Positions 20,693-31,600 of a stretch of DNA of 64,000 bases are shown here, one piece after another; position 1 is the first letter of the stretch; every line of letters starts with the position of its first letter. Origin of the DNA: Spirochaetia bacterium (lineage in GTDB: Bacteria; Spirochaetota; Spirochaetia; SP-2023); contig OZ253665.1 of the NCBI GenBank assembly GCA_965263295.1, forward strand, positions 1,792,001 to 1,856,000, in the 5' to 3' direction. A program made the translations under genes and the position numbers. Under the pieces are notes generated by a model. It made no database searches. It was not told where the DNA came from and worked only from the letters and a program-made list of their open reading frames with translations.

Positions 20693-21964
20693 CTAATCCT
20701 CAAACGCTGCTGGGTATCTGTTTGTATACAGTTGATCTAGCTCTCTGTTCGACAACTTTAGAATATCTAGGGTGTGGGTCGAAAGAAGTGGCAGAATAGA
20801 TGTTGCCGTAATGAGCAGGCCCATGGCCATTAATACCCAATCAAGTTGGGCGCCATTTGCTAGATGAATTAAATATCCAAAAAATTGACTCCCCAATGGG
20901 ATTGTCGCGATACATAGAAAAAAAATTGCGCCCTCTAGCCGTGCTCTATGCGAGTCTGGCGCGGCAAACGCACGAACGCCATGAAAAGCAACATTGTCAG
21001 ACGTCAAACCAAAGCCGGCGACACTCAAGCACAGAGCCTTTAGTGGAATAGCCTCAAACAGTGAGAAGCCAATGACACCAAGCCCCATCAGGATGTCTCC
21101 CACCACTATTGGATAAATGCGCCGGTGGGTATTGAAGTCAACACGAGATAGGACCGTTGCGCCTAACAACATGCCCACAGCAAACGTCGCTTCAAAAACC
21201 GCTAGAACTTTGGCATCGGCATGCAGCTCTTCGACAACATAAAAAGGGATCACAACCATGAATAAGGGGGTGAGGACGAAGTTAATTATCATCGCTGCAT
21301 AGCACATGACCCTTTCGCAATTGATGTGATACAGAATTTTAAATCCTGCTATCATTCGCTTAAAGAAGACAGGCTCGTCATGCTGGACAGGACAACTTTC
21401 TCGCTCAGGTTCTTCTATATGCACAAAAATTAGCAACGATAGGGATACGACGTATAGTCCAAGAACCAATACACCAGCCAGTGTGACTCCGAAAAATGCG
21501 ATCAGGCTGCCGCCGAGCAACGCGCCAATGATAGTTTGAAGAGAGTTGAAAGTCGAGGCCAAGCCTATCGCCCTGGTTAATTGCGATCTTTCAGCAATAA
21601 AAGGGATGACACTGTTAATGCTGCTAGAGGTAATTGAGTTTGTAGCTGCAAGCACTGAGGCACATACCGACATTAAGACTAACGAACTATCATGATAAAT
21701 GAGATTGCCGACAAATAAAATAGTAAAGGTAATGGATAGAACAGCCCCCACGATTAGTACAGAGCGTTTTCGATACTTGTCCAAAAAGTCCCCTGAGAAG
21801 GGTAAGGATACGAGATTAAATGCCCACATTAGTGCGACAACCAATCCAAGCGCCACACTGTTGTTCTCAGAGTTGGCGATCACAGACCAAATTAAAATAA
21901 TGTTAAAGCTTCGAAATGCTAGCAGACCGATAGCACTGGATAACAGAAAATTAATCAAGCTCAT
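20693..21964 (-). CDS. MFS transporter (DHA3/H+ antiporter-like exporter)
   Basis: About 12 TM segments, motif A GDFLDKYRKR; start ATG 21964 with GAGGAG RBS overlapping the upstream gene end. Confidence 0.88.
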   Translation of the reverse strand: MSLINFLLSSAIGLLAFRSFNIILIWSVIANSENNSVALGLVVALMWAFNLVSLPFSGDFLDKYRKRSVLIVGAVLSITFTILFVGNLIYHDSSLVLMSVCASVLAATNSITSSSINSVIPFIAERSQLTRAIGLASTFNSLQTIIGALLGGSLIAFFGVTLAGVLVLGLYVVSLSLLIFVHIEEPERESCPVQHDEPVFFKRMIAGFKILYHINCERVMCYAAMIINFVLTPLFMVVIPFYVVEELHADAKVLAVFEATFAVGMLLGATVLSRVDFNTHRRIYPIVVGDILMGLGVIGFSLFEAIPLKALCLSVAGFGLTSDNVAFHGVRAFAAPDSHRARLEGAIFFLCIATIPLGSQFFGYLIHLANGAQLDWVLMAMGLLITATSILPLLSTHTLDILKLSNRELDQLYTNRYPAAFED

Positions 21965-22480
21965 GCGACATATACTCCTCGAAAAAAGATTTATACTTTG
22001 TGCTATCCGTTTTAGATTTAACGAGACAGTGAAGTGCCAAGTCGTACGAGCCGTAAACATCGTGAGCAATTTGGGCAATTTTTAAATACTCATCCTTGGC
22101 AAGCTCTTGTGTAAGGCAGTCTTTTATAAAGATGGCATGGGACCACATCCACTGATTCAATGTATCGTAAGGGTCATTCGGATTTAATGCCGGATTAAAA
22201 AAACGCGAGCCATAGCCAGTGAAAGTATGAAATATAAATCCTTTTTTGCGCAAAAGTATCTCAATTTCAGAAAACAGCGGTTGCCCTTCATATTGTTGAA
22301 GAAACTCTACTTCAATTTCAATGACAAGAGCATTATCAAAGTAACGAGAGCCATATTGGATGGCATATATATCGGATGCTTGAATGTCGGATTTGATGAA
22401 CTCTGGTTGCGCAGGCAAATCTATTGTCAAGTTCTTTAACTGAATCGGTGTAAATTTTTCTCGCCTCAGATATCTGCTCC
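21951..22480 (-). pseudogene. FkbM-family methyltransferase, 5'-truncated
   Basis: FIKSDIQA..NALVIEIEVEFLQQYEGQPLFSEIEILLRKKGF is the FkbM C-terminal half; the SAM-binding N-terminal motif and a start are absent. Confidence 0.7.
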
Positions 22481-22568
22481 GTTGTAGTGAAAATTGCAGG
22501 GGCTAAAGTCCGCTCAATTGTTGTTTACGCACAGCGACCTTCATATTGATTAAATCCTTCCACACGGC

Positions 22569-23663
22569 CTAGTTGCGCCTATGCCAGAGAAGCCACACGA
22601 AAAATACGCCACCAATCAGTCCGGTAACGATACCAATGGGCATATCTTCGGGTGCCATGATCGTTCGGGCGGCGATATCCGCCCAAAGGAGGAATATGGC
22701 ACCAATCAAAGCCGAGCCAAGTAGAACGCGAAGACTGTCGCCGCCAACTAGCATTCGAACGATGTGGGGCACCATGAGCCCCACAAATCCGATGACCCCA
22801 GAAAAAGCGACCATGACACCCGTAATCAGCGCTCCGACAACCAAGGTTACAAAACGGAAGCGGGCAATTGGAATGCCCAGCGTCGACGCCGTCTCATCAC
22901 CAAGAGTCATTGCATTCAAAGCGGATGCTCGCGCGATCAACCAGGTGCCACAGCACACGAGGATGGCCAACGGATAGATCAGGTGGCTCCATTGTGCCAA
23001 ACCAAGCCCGCCGAGCATCCAAAATACAACGCTGGTGGTGGCACGTGGGTCGCCCAGAAAGATCAAGGCATTGGCACCAGCCATGATGATGAAGGACACC
23101 GCAACGCCTGCCAGCACAAGACGGTCCGCACTTGTGGCATCGGCAAGGCGCGACACGCCAAGAACGATGGCGGTTGCCCCCAAAGCGCCAAGAAAGGCAA
23201 AAAGAGGAACGGTCAACAGACCGATGAAGAGTCCAGTGTGCAGAAGCGCCAGAATTGCCCCAAACGCAGCGCCCGAAGAGATACCCAAGAGGTGAGGATC
23301 GGCCAGTGGATTTCGCGTGACCGCCTGCAAACTAGCTCCAACCAAGGCTAATCCTGCCCCGACCATCATGGCCAACAAAGCGCGCGGAAAGCGGATTTCC
23401 CAAACGATGGCTGCGCGACCTCGCGACCAAGTCTGTTCAATCAGGCCGGGGGACAATTTATTGATCAAGATGCCCCAAACCGTTCTAAACGGAATATGAA
23501 CGGCCCCGACTGAAATCGCGAGGGAGAGCGAGACCAAAAGTAGCGTCAAACCTCCCAAAATGAACAGGGTTATTCCCTTGTCACTGCCGGCGAAAGTTTG
23601 GGTTCTCGTGGCCGCGCTGCTATAAGCTCCGGTGAAAGTTTGCGTGCTCGTGGTCTCGCTCAT
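22569..23663 (-). CDS. FecCD/BtuC-family ABC permease
   Basis: IRFPRALLA, RNPLADPHLLGISSGA, LGDETASTLG and IGFVGLMVPH; start ATG 23663. Confidence 0.95.
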   Translation of the reverse strand: MSETTSTQTFTGAYSSAATRTQTFAGSDKGITLFILGGLTLLLVSLSLAISVGAVHIPFRTVWGILINKLSPGLIEQTWSRGRAAIVWEIRFPRALLAMMVGAGLALVGASLQAVTRNPLADPHLLGISSGAAFGAILALLHTGLFIGLLTVPLFAFLGALGATAIVLGVSRLADATSADRLVLAGVAVSFIIMAGANALIFLGDPRATTSVVFWMLGGLGLAQWSHLIYPLAILVCCGTWLIARASALNAMTLGDETASTLGIPIARFRFVTLVVGALITGVMVAFSGVIGFVGLMVPHIVRMLVGGDSLRVLLGSALIGAIFLLWADIAARTIMAPEDMPIGIVTGLIGGVFFVWLLWHRRN

Positions 23664-23667
23664 GTGC

Positions 23668-24612
23668 TTACTCGCCCCGGAAGGCTTTGGCCAGTTTCTT
23701 GACGGCTTGGATGTTGCGTGGTCCGGGCGTGGCTTCGACATATTCGAGCGTGACGAACCGGTCGTTTTTCACGGCGTCGAGATCGGCAAAAGCCGGGTTT
23801 GACAGCATAAAGTCGCGCTTTTGCTCTGCGCTCACCTTGCCATAGTTAACGATGATCACGAACTGCGGATTCCGTTCAACGACCTCTTCCCAGGTCACGG
23901 TGGCCCAGCTTTTTTCGAGGTCATCCATGACATTGCGTCCACCAGCAGCTTCAATCAGCGCGGTTGGCATGGCATAGCGTCCCGCGGTAAAGGGAGCGTT
24001 TTCACCACTGTCATAGACAAAGACGCGAAGCGGTTCGCCGGTCTCGCGTCCCTCAATGAAGGCGGCGAGATCGGCGCGGTAGCCCTCAACAAGTTCTTTG
24101 GCGCGGTCTTCGACATCGAAGATCCGGCCGAGATTCAGCAGGTCATTGTACATATCCTCAATGCTGGCCTTGTCCTTGTCCGTGATGTGGATGCAGGATT
24201 CGGTGAGTTCGTAGACCTTGATGCCGAAGGGTTCCAGCGTCTCGGGCGTGACATCGCCACCGACTTTCATCCCATAGTTCCATCCGGCGAAGAAGAAATC
24301 AGCATCTGCACCGACGAGCACCTCTTTGGATGGGTATTTCGCCGATAATTCAGGCAGTTCCTCGACTCCCGACCGCATCTCCTCGTCAAGAGTTTTCCAG
24401 CCGGAAATACCCGTGTAACCCACCATACGGTCAGCCAAACCGAGAACCAACATCATCTCGGTCAAATTCACATCGTGCGAAACGGCTCGTTCTGGGGGGC
24501 CATCGAAAGTCACGATGCGATCGCAGCTTTTTACTGTGGTTTCGGCAAAGGCGAAGCCCGCAGACATGATGAGAGTGATGGCGACTAATAGTGTTTTTAA
24601 TGTTTTTTGCAT
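23668..24612 (-). CDS. Class III (Fe-siderophore/cobalamin) ABC substrate-binding protein
   Basis: Signal peptide, PERAVS..TEMMLVLGL, SKEVLVGADADFFFAGW and AVKNDRF motifs. Confidence 0.92.
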   Translation of the reverse strand: MQKTLKTLLVAITLIMSAGFAFAETTVKSCDRIVTFDGPPERAVSHDVNLTEMMLVLGLADRMVGYTGISGWKTLDEEMRSGVEELPELSAKYPSKEVLVGADADFFFAGWNYGMKVGGDVTPETLEPFGIKVYELTESCIHITDKDKASIEDMYNDLLNLGRIFDVEDRAKELVEGYRADLAAFIEGRETGEPLRVFVYDSGENAPFTAGRYAMPTALIEAAGGRNVMDDLEKSWATVTWEEVVERNPQFVIIVNYGKVSAEQKRDFMLSNPAFADLDAVKNDRFVTLEYVEATPGPRNIQAVKKLAKAFRGE

Positions 24613-24628
24613 AGTTGCTTTCCTTATC

Positions 24629-25414
24629 TTAGTTATGAAGGTGAAAAGTGAGGTGATGAGTGTTGCTGGGGGCGAGACGTTCGCGGCGGGCGTTCACTTG
24701 GAAAGCGTCAGACACGGCAGCCTCGGTCAGCACATCCAAGGGCGGACCAAACCCGATGGGCCGTCCCGATTCCAGCAGGAGGACATCGTCACAGACCCCT
24801 GAGGCCAGGTTCAGGTCATGAAGCGACGTGACAATCGTCAGCGGAAGGTTACGGATCAGGTCCAGAATTTCAAGTTGATGACGAATATCGAGGTGATTTG
24901 TCGGCTCATCTAGGATCAAAAGACGGGGCTGCTGCGCCAAGGCACGGGCCACCATGACACGCTGGCGTTCACCGCCAGACAGCGTTCCGAGATGGCGGTC
25001 AGCCAACCCTTGCAGATTCAGCCGATCCAAGGCGTCATGGATGATTTCCTTGTCATGCGCGCTGGCTGTTACGGCAAACCCTCGACGGTGCGGGGTTCTT
25101 CCAAGAGCCACAATCTCACCAACCGTGAGTGCAAAATCACTTGGTTGCTCCTGTAAGACGGCGGCGATCTTTCGCGCGGCCTCGCGGGTGGAGATACCCC
25201 ATATGTCTTGGCCATCGACACAAACGGTGCCGGTAACCGGTCGATAAAACCGGTAAAGCAAACGGAGTAGCGTCGTTTTTCCCGCACCATTGGAGCCGAC
25301 AATGCCGAGAATATATCCGGCTTTCAGATCAAATTTAGTTTTATGCAACAGCATTTCACGACTACGTTTTGGCGACCATGAAATATCGTGTACTGAAAGG
25401 CTGGCAGCGGTCAT
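24629..25414 (-). CDS. Fe-siderophore/cobalamin ABC transporter ATP-binding protein
   Basis: GSNGAGKTT, LSGGERQRV, LILDEPTNHLD; start ATG 25414 after GAAGGAG. Confidence 0.95.
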   Translation of the reverse strand: MTAASLSVHDISWSPKRSREMLLHKTKFDLKAGYILGIVGSNGAGKTTLLRLLYRFYRPVTGTVCVDGQDIWGISTREAARKIAAVLQEQPSDFALTVGEIVALGRTPHRRGFAVTASAHDKEIIHDALDRLNLQGLADRHLGTLSGGERQRVMVARALAQQPRLLILDEPTNHLDIRHQLEILDLIRNLPLTIVTSLHDLNLASGVCDDVLLLESGRPIGFGPPLDVLTEAAVSDAFQVNARRERLAPSNTHHLTFHLHN

Positions 25415-25434
25415 GATAACTAAGGTTCTCCTTC

Positions 25435-25668
25435 TCAATAGCTCGGTATCATGGACGGGCCCGACGCCAGGATGGGCACAAGTTCGGGCTGTCTGCCAAA
25501 CACGCCGGGTCCAATGTGATAAAGCTCCAGATAAAAACGGTAATCGCCGTTGCGACCGTGGCCGATGATCGGATTGGAGCGACCGCATGCGGCGACAAAA
25601 GAAAGGCCGAAAAAAGATGGGGCCGCATAGGCAGACAGCAGAAGTGCTGGTAGTGTGGAAATTCTCAT
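25435..25668 (-). CDS. Small hypothetical protein (77 aa) with signal-peptide-like N-terminus, first gene of the ABC operon
   Basis: AGGAG RBS before ATG 25668; its stop lies directly before the ATPase RBS. Confidence 0.45.
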   Translation of the reverse strand: MRISTLPALLLSAYAAPSFFGLSFVAACGRSNPIIGHGRNGDYRFYLELYHIGPGVFGRQPELVPILASGPSMIPSY

Positions 25669-26069
25669 GAGCCAACTCCTTTCATAAGAAATTTAATCTA
25701 TCTTTACATACTAAATAACATGTAAAATAATCATATATTCACTATTGAATAAAAAATATCTATAGCATTATAAAAATATAGCAGAAAAATTGTCAATATT
25801 GATAAAGATATATTTATTATATTAATTAATGTTTAATCATTTATTATAAACTTTATTCTATTACGAGTATTTATTTATAGTTCTATCAAAATAATTTGAC
25901 ATGATTTACATGCTGCTTGAACAGCTCATCAGTCGTCAGGAAATTCTCCGACGTCTTTAAGTAGAGCATTTTCATCAATTTTCGTTGCCAATTTGTTTCA
26001 GTTTGGCAAAAATTCATCTTATACACCCAACAAACTAATGTTCGAATACCGATACCAAAATGAGCGCTA

Positions 26070-26610
26070 GGCTCAGGACCCATTGACTTCAAGAGAACAA
26101 AGTAAAATATCTCTAAATTGAACCTTCCCATGAACAATCTATTCTGGTTGAGCTATGAGCAGATGTCGCGTCTTAAACTCCATTTACCAAAGTCAGGTTG
26201 TCCCAGGGTCGATGACAAAAGTCTCATGAGCCTTATTATCTTCATGATTCGCAATGGTTCGCGCTGCTGCGATGTACCGCCTGAATACGGCCCCTTAAAC
26301 ACTTTACAACCGTTTTGTGCACTGGTCAAAAAACGGTGTTTTCAAGTAAATCTTTGAAAAACTGGTCAAGTGCTACACAGACAGACCGAAATGCTGACGA
26401 TTGATGTCACTCATCTCAAGGCATATCGCATGGCATCAAGCCTCAAAAAAGAGGGGGCGAGTCACGCTTTGATCGGGTTTACCATTCAACCCAATCTCTA
26501 AAGGGAGGTATGAATAGCAAATTGCATATTCTGAGCGATGGTGCAAGGCGCCCGCTCTGGCTGCTCTAACAGAAGGCAGAAAAGTGATTTCGAAGGTGCG
26601 AACGCATGAT
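26070..26610 (+). mobile_element. IS5-family (IS427-group-like) remnant: left IR plus degenerate 5' transposase
   Basis: ctaGGCTCAGGACCCATT left end; MNNLFWLSYEQMSRL..PRVDDK..RNGSRCCDVPPEYGP; HLKA..ASSLKK; GGMNSKLH; several frameshifts; no right IR seen. Confidence 0.85.
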
Positions 26611-26843
26611 TTCTGCCAGGAGAAGCTGGCTATTTCTTCGGCCATCTCCACAATTTGCATTGCCAATTGCGCACCTTGCACATTCTCTTCGTTAAAGGGG
26701 GGCTCAACTCTATAGATTTTACGTGCCAGCCACCCCCAAAGCTCTCGTACCGTTACTCTTCTTCTTTATTATAACCTGTGAATAAAATCGGTGGATTTTT
26801 TGTGAATTTACTCTTTGTAGATGTAACTGAGCTGAGCGAAATA

Positions 26844-26858
26844 TCAAGTAATACTTGA
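26844..26858. promoter_or_regulatory. Perfect 7-1-7 palindrome overlapping a TTGACT -35 box upstream of tolC-RND (candidate operator)
   Basis: TCAAGTA-A-TACTTGA. Confidence 0.45.
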
Positions 26859-27107
26859 CTTATAAAAAATATATTTATATTTTGGGAATAGCCATTCAGG
26901 ATATAACAACCAATATAACTCAGCAGAGGCTTGTTTGGCTCTGGTTTTCTAGGCTTGCGGGATAATATATAAATTTGCCAAATATTTGAGAGTGAAAGTT
27001 CTTGAAGCGTCTGTTTGGTGGTCTTTGCTCGCCGCTTATGCCGCTAGAGCCTTGCCTTTCTGAAAATCTTTATTTATGTAAATGGCTAGAAAATTGGGGA
27101 TTATTTA

Positions 27108-28589
27108 ATGAATAAATGGTGCATTTTTTTTATCGGCATGTCGTGTCTCGCAATGCCGTTGACCGCTCAAACATATGGGGCAATGACCGAAAGTTTGCAA
27201 TCAGAACGCGAATCTGTCCCATGGGGTGTTTTCCGCCAAAAAGTGCGGGCGGCCTTGCCTGAATTTACTTTAACGCAATTGGAAGAACAGCTCAGCGAGC
27301 TCCAAGTCGCTGCAAAATTTATAGGTGGAGATATCATGCTTCAGGCGGGAGGCGCGTATAATCTGGCATTGAATGCTACTCCGGCTTTTCCGTTCAACAC
27401 GGACGAGGCAACCGTTCACAATTTCTCCATCGCGCCTGAGCTTGTAAAAACTTTTGTGCAAACCGGTACAACCTTGAAATTGAGCCTTAACGATCAATAC
27501 TCCCATAAGATTTTTGAAGGCAATGATAAAAAGGAGAATTCCCACACGATAACTCCGACTTTCAGTATCAGTCAGAATCTGCTGCAGAACTTTTTGGGCT
27601 TGCTCTACCGTTTGGACATCGCGGCTGCTCGCCAGCAGTATGCCATTGCCCAGGCTGAGAGGGAAAGTAAAGAGCGTGCGCTGATGCAAGCTTATGACAC
27701 ATATTATCTCTCTTGGCTTACATTTTGGCGGGCTCATAAGCTGCTCGCAGAGCAAGTGGCCAAAAGTAAAGCGAGTTATGAAAATGCGCAGAATCAGCGG
27801 CGCCTGAATTATATAGACAAAGGTTCTTTTGAACGGCTTCACCTGAGTTACTTAAATTATCAGCAGAATTTGTTCAATAACGAAAAAGAATTGCTGGCAT
27901 TTGATCAGCGCTTTCGGCGCTTTCTGGGCGAAGGGCTCTACCGCCCAGACGACGATATTATCTCGGTACTGCTCGACAAAGCCCAGGATCCACTCAGAGA
28001 AATCTCTTTTCAAGATTCATGGGCCTGGGATATCAGCAGGAAGAATCTAGATCTTCTGCAAATTGTATACCGGCAAAGTCGACAAAGTCGGCTGCCCAAT
28101 TTGGTGTTAAGTACTTCATTGGCTTTGAAAAATTCGGCCACTTTTCCGGACGGAGAAACTCCCGACTATGGTGAAGTCAGCCCGACATATTCCCTTGGTC
28201 TCACTTTATCCTGGCCCCTGTTAATGCGCAAGGCAAAGAACGCCATGGCGATTGCCCAAAATAACCTGCAGCAGTTAGAAACAAATATAAATAAGCAAGA
28301 GCAGGAATTTGTTATCGGGCTTGCCAATCGCAAAAATGCTCATACGGTTTTATTGGAGGTTTATGAGTTGCAAAAGAAAGCAACGGAAGCACAGGCCACC
28401 ATTTATGCCTCAGAGAAACTTAAATACCAGCAGGCTCGATCGGGCGTCCAGGATTTATTGCTTGCCGAGATCAATCAGCTCAACGGTCAGTTAAGTATTC
28501 TGCAGACGGAAAACCAACTCATTTTGCAGTTATTGTCCCACCTATATGAAACAAGGGCGCACGATATTTTAGCGGTAGCCGAAAAATAG
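27108..28589 (+). CDS. TolC-family outer membrane factor
   Basis: Signal peptide, two OEP-like repeats (FSISQNLLQ; RLPNLVL..SLGLTLSWPLL), coiled helices; upstream of RND. Confidence 0.85.
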   Translation: MNKWCIFFIGMSCLAMPLTAQTYGAMTESLQSERESVPWGVFRQKVRAALPEFTLTQLEEQLSELQVAAKFIGGDIMLQAGGAYNLALNATPAFPFNTDEATVHNFSIAPELVKTFVQTGTTLKLSLNDQYSHKIFEGNDKKENSHTITPTFSISQNLLQNFLGLLYRLDIAAARQQYAIAQAERESKERALMQAYDTYYLSWLTFWRAHKLLAEQVAKSKASYENAQNQRRLNYIDKGSFERLHLSYLNYQQNLFNNEKELLAFDQRFRRFLGEGLYRPDDDIISVLLDKAQDPLREISFQDSWAWDISRKNLDLLQIVYRQSRQSRLPNLVLSTSLALKNSATFPDGETPDYGEVSPTYSLGLTLSWPLLMRKAKNAMAIAQNNLQQLETNINKQEQEFVIGLANRKNAHTVLLEVYELQKKATEAQATIYASEKLKYQQARSGVQDLLLAEINQLNGQLSILQTENQLILQLLSHLYETRAHDILAVAEK

Positions 28590-28642
28590 GGCGAAGCGAT
28601 ATAAGAACACAGTAGAATTTTATATTTGAAAAGAGAGAATTA

Positions 28643-31600
28643 ATGTCTAGCACACAGCACCTTGAAAAGTTCCGCCGTGAAGATGGCTTTATCGGCTATG
28701 TCATCACTTTGTTTTATAACAAAAGAACTCTGAGTGGCATTCTCACCACTATCGTCATAGTGCTGGGTACCGTCTTTGCACTGCGCATCCAGCGCGAGGC
28801 CATGCCCAATGTGCAGGCGGATCGCTATATCGTCACAGTTAATTACCCCGGTGTGTCGCCGGCGCAGGTAGAAAAAGATGCCATCAACCCTATTGAAGAT
28901 GTCATCAGAAATATTAGTGGGATAAAAAACTTTTCTTCATCCTCGCGCCAAGGCACAGGCAGCGTGACTATTTCCATTGATGAAGATGTGGATAATCCCG
29001 ACGAAGTCGGCGATGAAATCTACCGCAGGATGGACCTTGGCAATATCCCAAATCTTTCTGCGGATGTGGAATCCCTGGCGGTGGAAAAGCTTAGTTCGGG
29101 GAATTACCCCATCTACCTGCTGGCGCTGACGCGCAGCAGTGACGCGATTCCCGACTTGGTATTCAATCAGACTGCCGATGCCCTGTCTTCGCAGTTAGAG
29201 GCCTTGTCTGGTGTCAATGAGATCCGAATGACTGGTTATCGCGAGCAGCAGATAGAAATTGAGGTGAACCCCGCCGCCCTGCGGCGCGAACACGTGGACC
29301 TGAATGCTGTGGTGGCCGCGATTCAGCAACGCAATGTGCGCACTACCGCAGGAATGCTTGAAGACCCCGACAATTATAAAGCCATAGTGACGATCAGCGA
29401 ATATCAGAACCTTAAGGAGTTGAGCAACACAATTATTCGTGCGGGCTTTGACGGCAATCGCGTACTGCTAGGTGATGTGGCTAAAGTGGCGCGGGTATTC
29501 CCCAAGAAAACTGTCTATTCGCGGGCCAACGGCCAGGAGGCTATCCTGCTGGAAGCGTATAAGACAACGGCAGCGGATATTGTAGAGGTTTCTGGGGCAA
29601 TAAAGGAATTCATGACGGAAAATAGTGCAAAGCTCCTCCCCGATGGCATAGACTGGGCTGAAATCAATAATGAGGCGCAAAATGTAGATTTGGTGACCAG
29701 CATATTAGTCAACAACGGTATGATAGGGTTTGTTTTGATACTGTTGATATTATTTCTGTTTTTAGACTTTACAACGGCTTTCTGGACGGCCTCTGCCCTG
29801 CCTCTGGTCATCATCATGACTCTCGGCTATATGGGCGCGCGAGGTATCTCGGTGAATTATCTGACATTAACTGCGATGATTACCATGATCGGCATGCTTG
29901 TCGACCATGGCATTGTTATTTCCGAAGGGATTTTTGCCAGAAGAATCAAGGGGTATTCGCCAATCCGAGCCTGTATTGAAGGTTTGAAAGCCGTGTTTTC
30001 TCCCGTTCTGGTCACGGCGGTCATCACCATCATGTCTTTTCTTCCGTTACTGCTGATCAGCGGTATCATGGGTGATTTCACTAGATTTTTTCCAATCATG
30101 GTAACTGTCATGTTGACATTTTCTTTTCTGGAAGCCAGTTTTCTGCTGGTAAGTCACCTGTTGCACACGGCTAAGCCCCACCTGGGGGAACACAAGATAA
30201 GGCATCGCGGCAAGCCTGCGGAAAAGACTTTGGAACACTGGTTTGCTCCTGTGATCCGCTTCTATCAATACGTATTGCGGTTTATACTGCGGCATCGCTG
30301 GTGGTGTGCCATTCTTTTTCTGGGCATTCTAGCGCTGGAATTCATCCTTGGCTTTCCGGCAATGCAAGAATTTAAACTTTTTGATGGACAAGATCTACCT
30401 GTTTTACAGGTCAGTTACGAAGCTGAAGAAGGAGTTGCCCTGGAAAAGGTACAAGAAGATGTAAAGCAGATGGAAGCGGCAATCGTAGAGTTGACGCCGG
30501 ATAATCAGATACAGTCTTTTTCTACTCAGGTATACAGAGGGACGGATGGAATCGTAAAAGGGAATACAATTTTGTACCTTCTTACCGATGCAGCGGATCG
30601 AGCACTGGCGTTTTCTCTGTACAATAAATTATTATCCGCCCACTTACTGCCATATGGTAGAGAGAGTCGGGTGAATCTCCTCGGCAGGGAAAAAGAAAAT
30701 CAAAGAAATCCGTACGTCCTGAATTCCGCAGAACTGGAGGCTATACCCGTCTTATTTGCGAATGTCGGCGTCGGCCTTCCAGCCGGTGCCTCTGGTGTGG
30801 GATATCCCATCAGTTTTCGGTTTTACAGTGATGATGTGGAGGAACTGCGTGCCGCCGGAACCGAAGCGGTGGCCATACTCAATTCAATTCGCGGCACGCA
30901 GAATATTCACAACAGTGAGTCCATTGAGGCCGAGCAAGTTCGCGTGGTCCTCGACTATGCCCAGATGGCGCGTTACGGCGTTTCCCTCGCGGAAGTCAAC
31001 AGCACTCTGCGCACTGCCTTTCATGGAACTACCGCATCCAAGAGCCGTTCGGGCAGTAAGACGACCGATTTTATCGTGCGCCTGGAAGAACGCTATCGCA
31101 AGTCCCTAAGGACAATTTTGCGCCTCAATGTGCACACAGCGACAGGAGAGTTTGTGCCGCTTTCGCGTTTTGCCCGCCTGGAAACGCAGCGTAGCGCCCC
31201 CTCAATTAATCATTTTAACGGCCATCGCACACTGCAGATTACCGGCGATCTTGACATGGATGCGGAAGGGGTAAACTCGCTGTCGGTCAGTCAACAATTT
31301 CAGCAGAAAGCTGCCGCACTTAAGAAAAAATATCCCGGTGTGACTCTGGATCTTTCCGGCGGTGAGGCCGAGCAGACAGAAATATTTCTAAGGGATGTCG
31401 TGCCAGCATTTATCGCTGCTGTAATTCTAATCTTCCTGATTCTGATGCTCTTATTTGATTCTTTCCTGCAGCCTTGGATCGTGATGGGAGTTGTGCCTTT
31501 TGGCCTTGCAGGAGGAATCCTGGCTCTATATTTACACGGTATGTTCATCAGCTTTATGGCTGTTCTCGGCTTTATGGGATTGATCGGTGTTGTGGTTAAT

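Noticed and set aside
25680..25900. Cobalamin riboswitch ahead of the Btu/Fec-like operon
   Set aside because: The region is extremely AT-rich and lacks the GGGAA..GCCACTG / B12-box motifs
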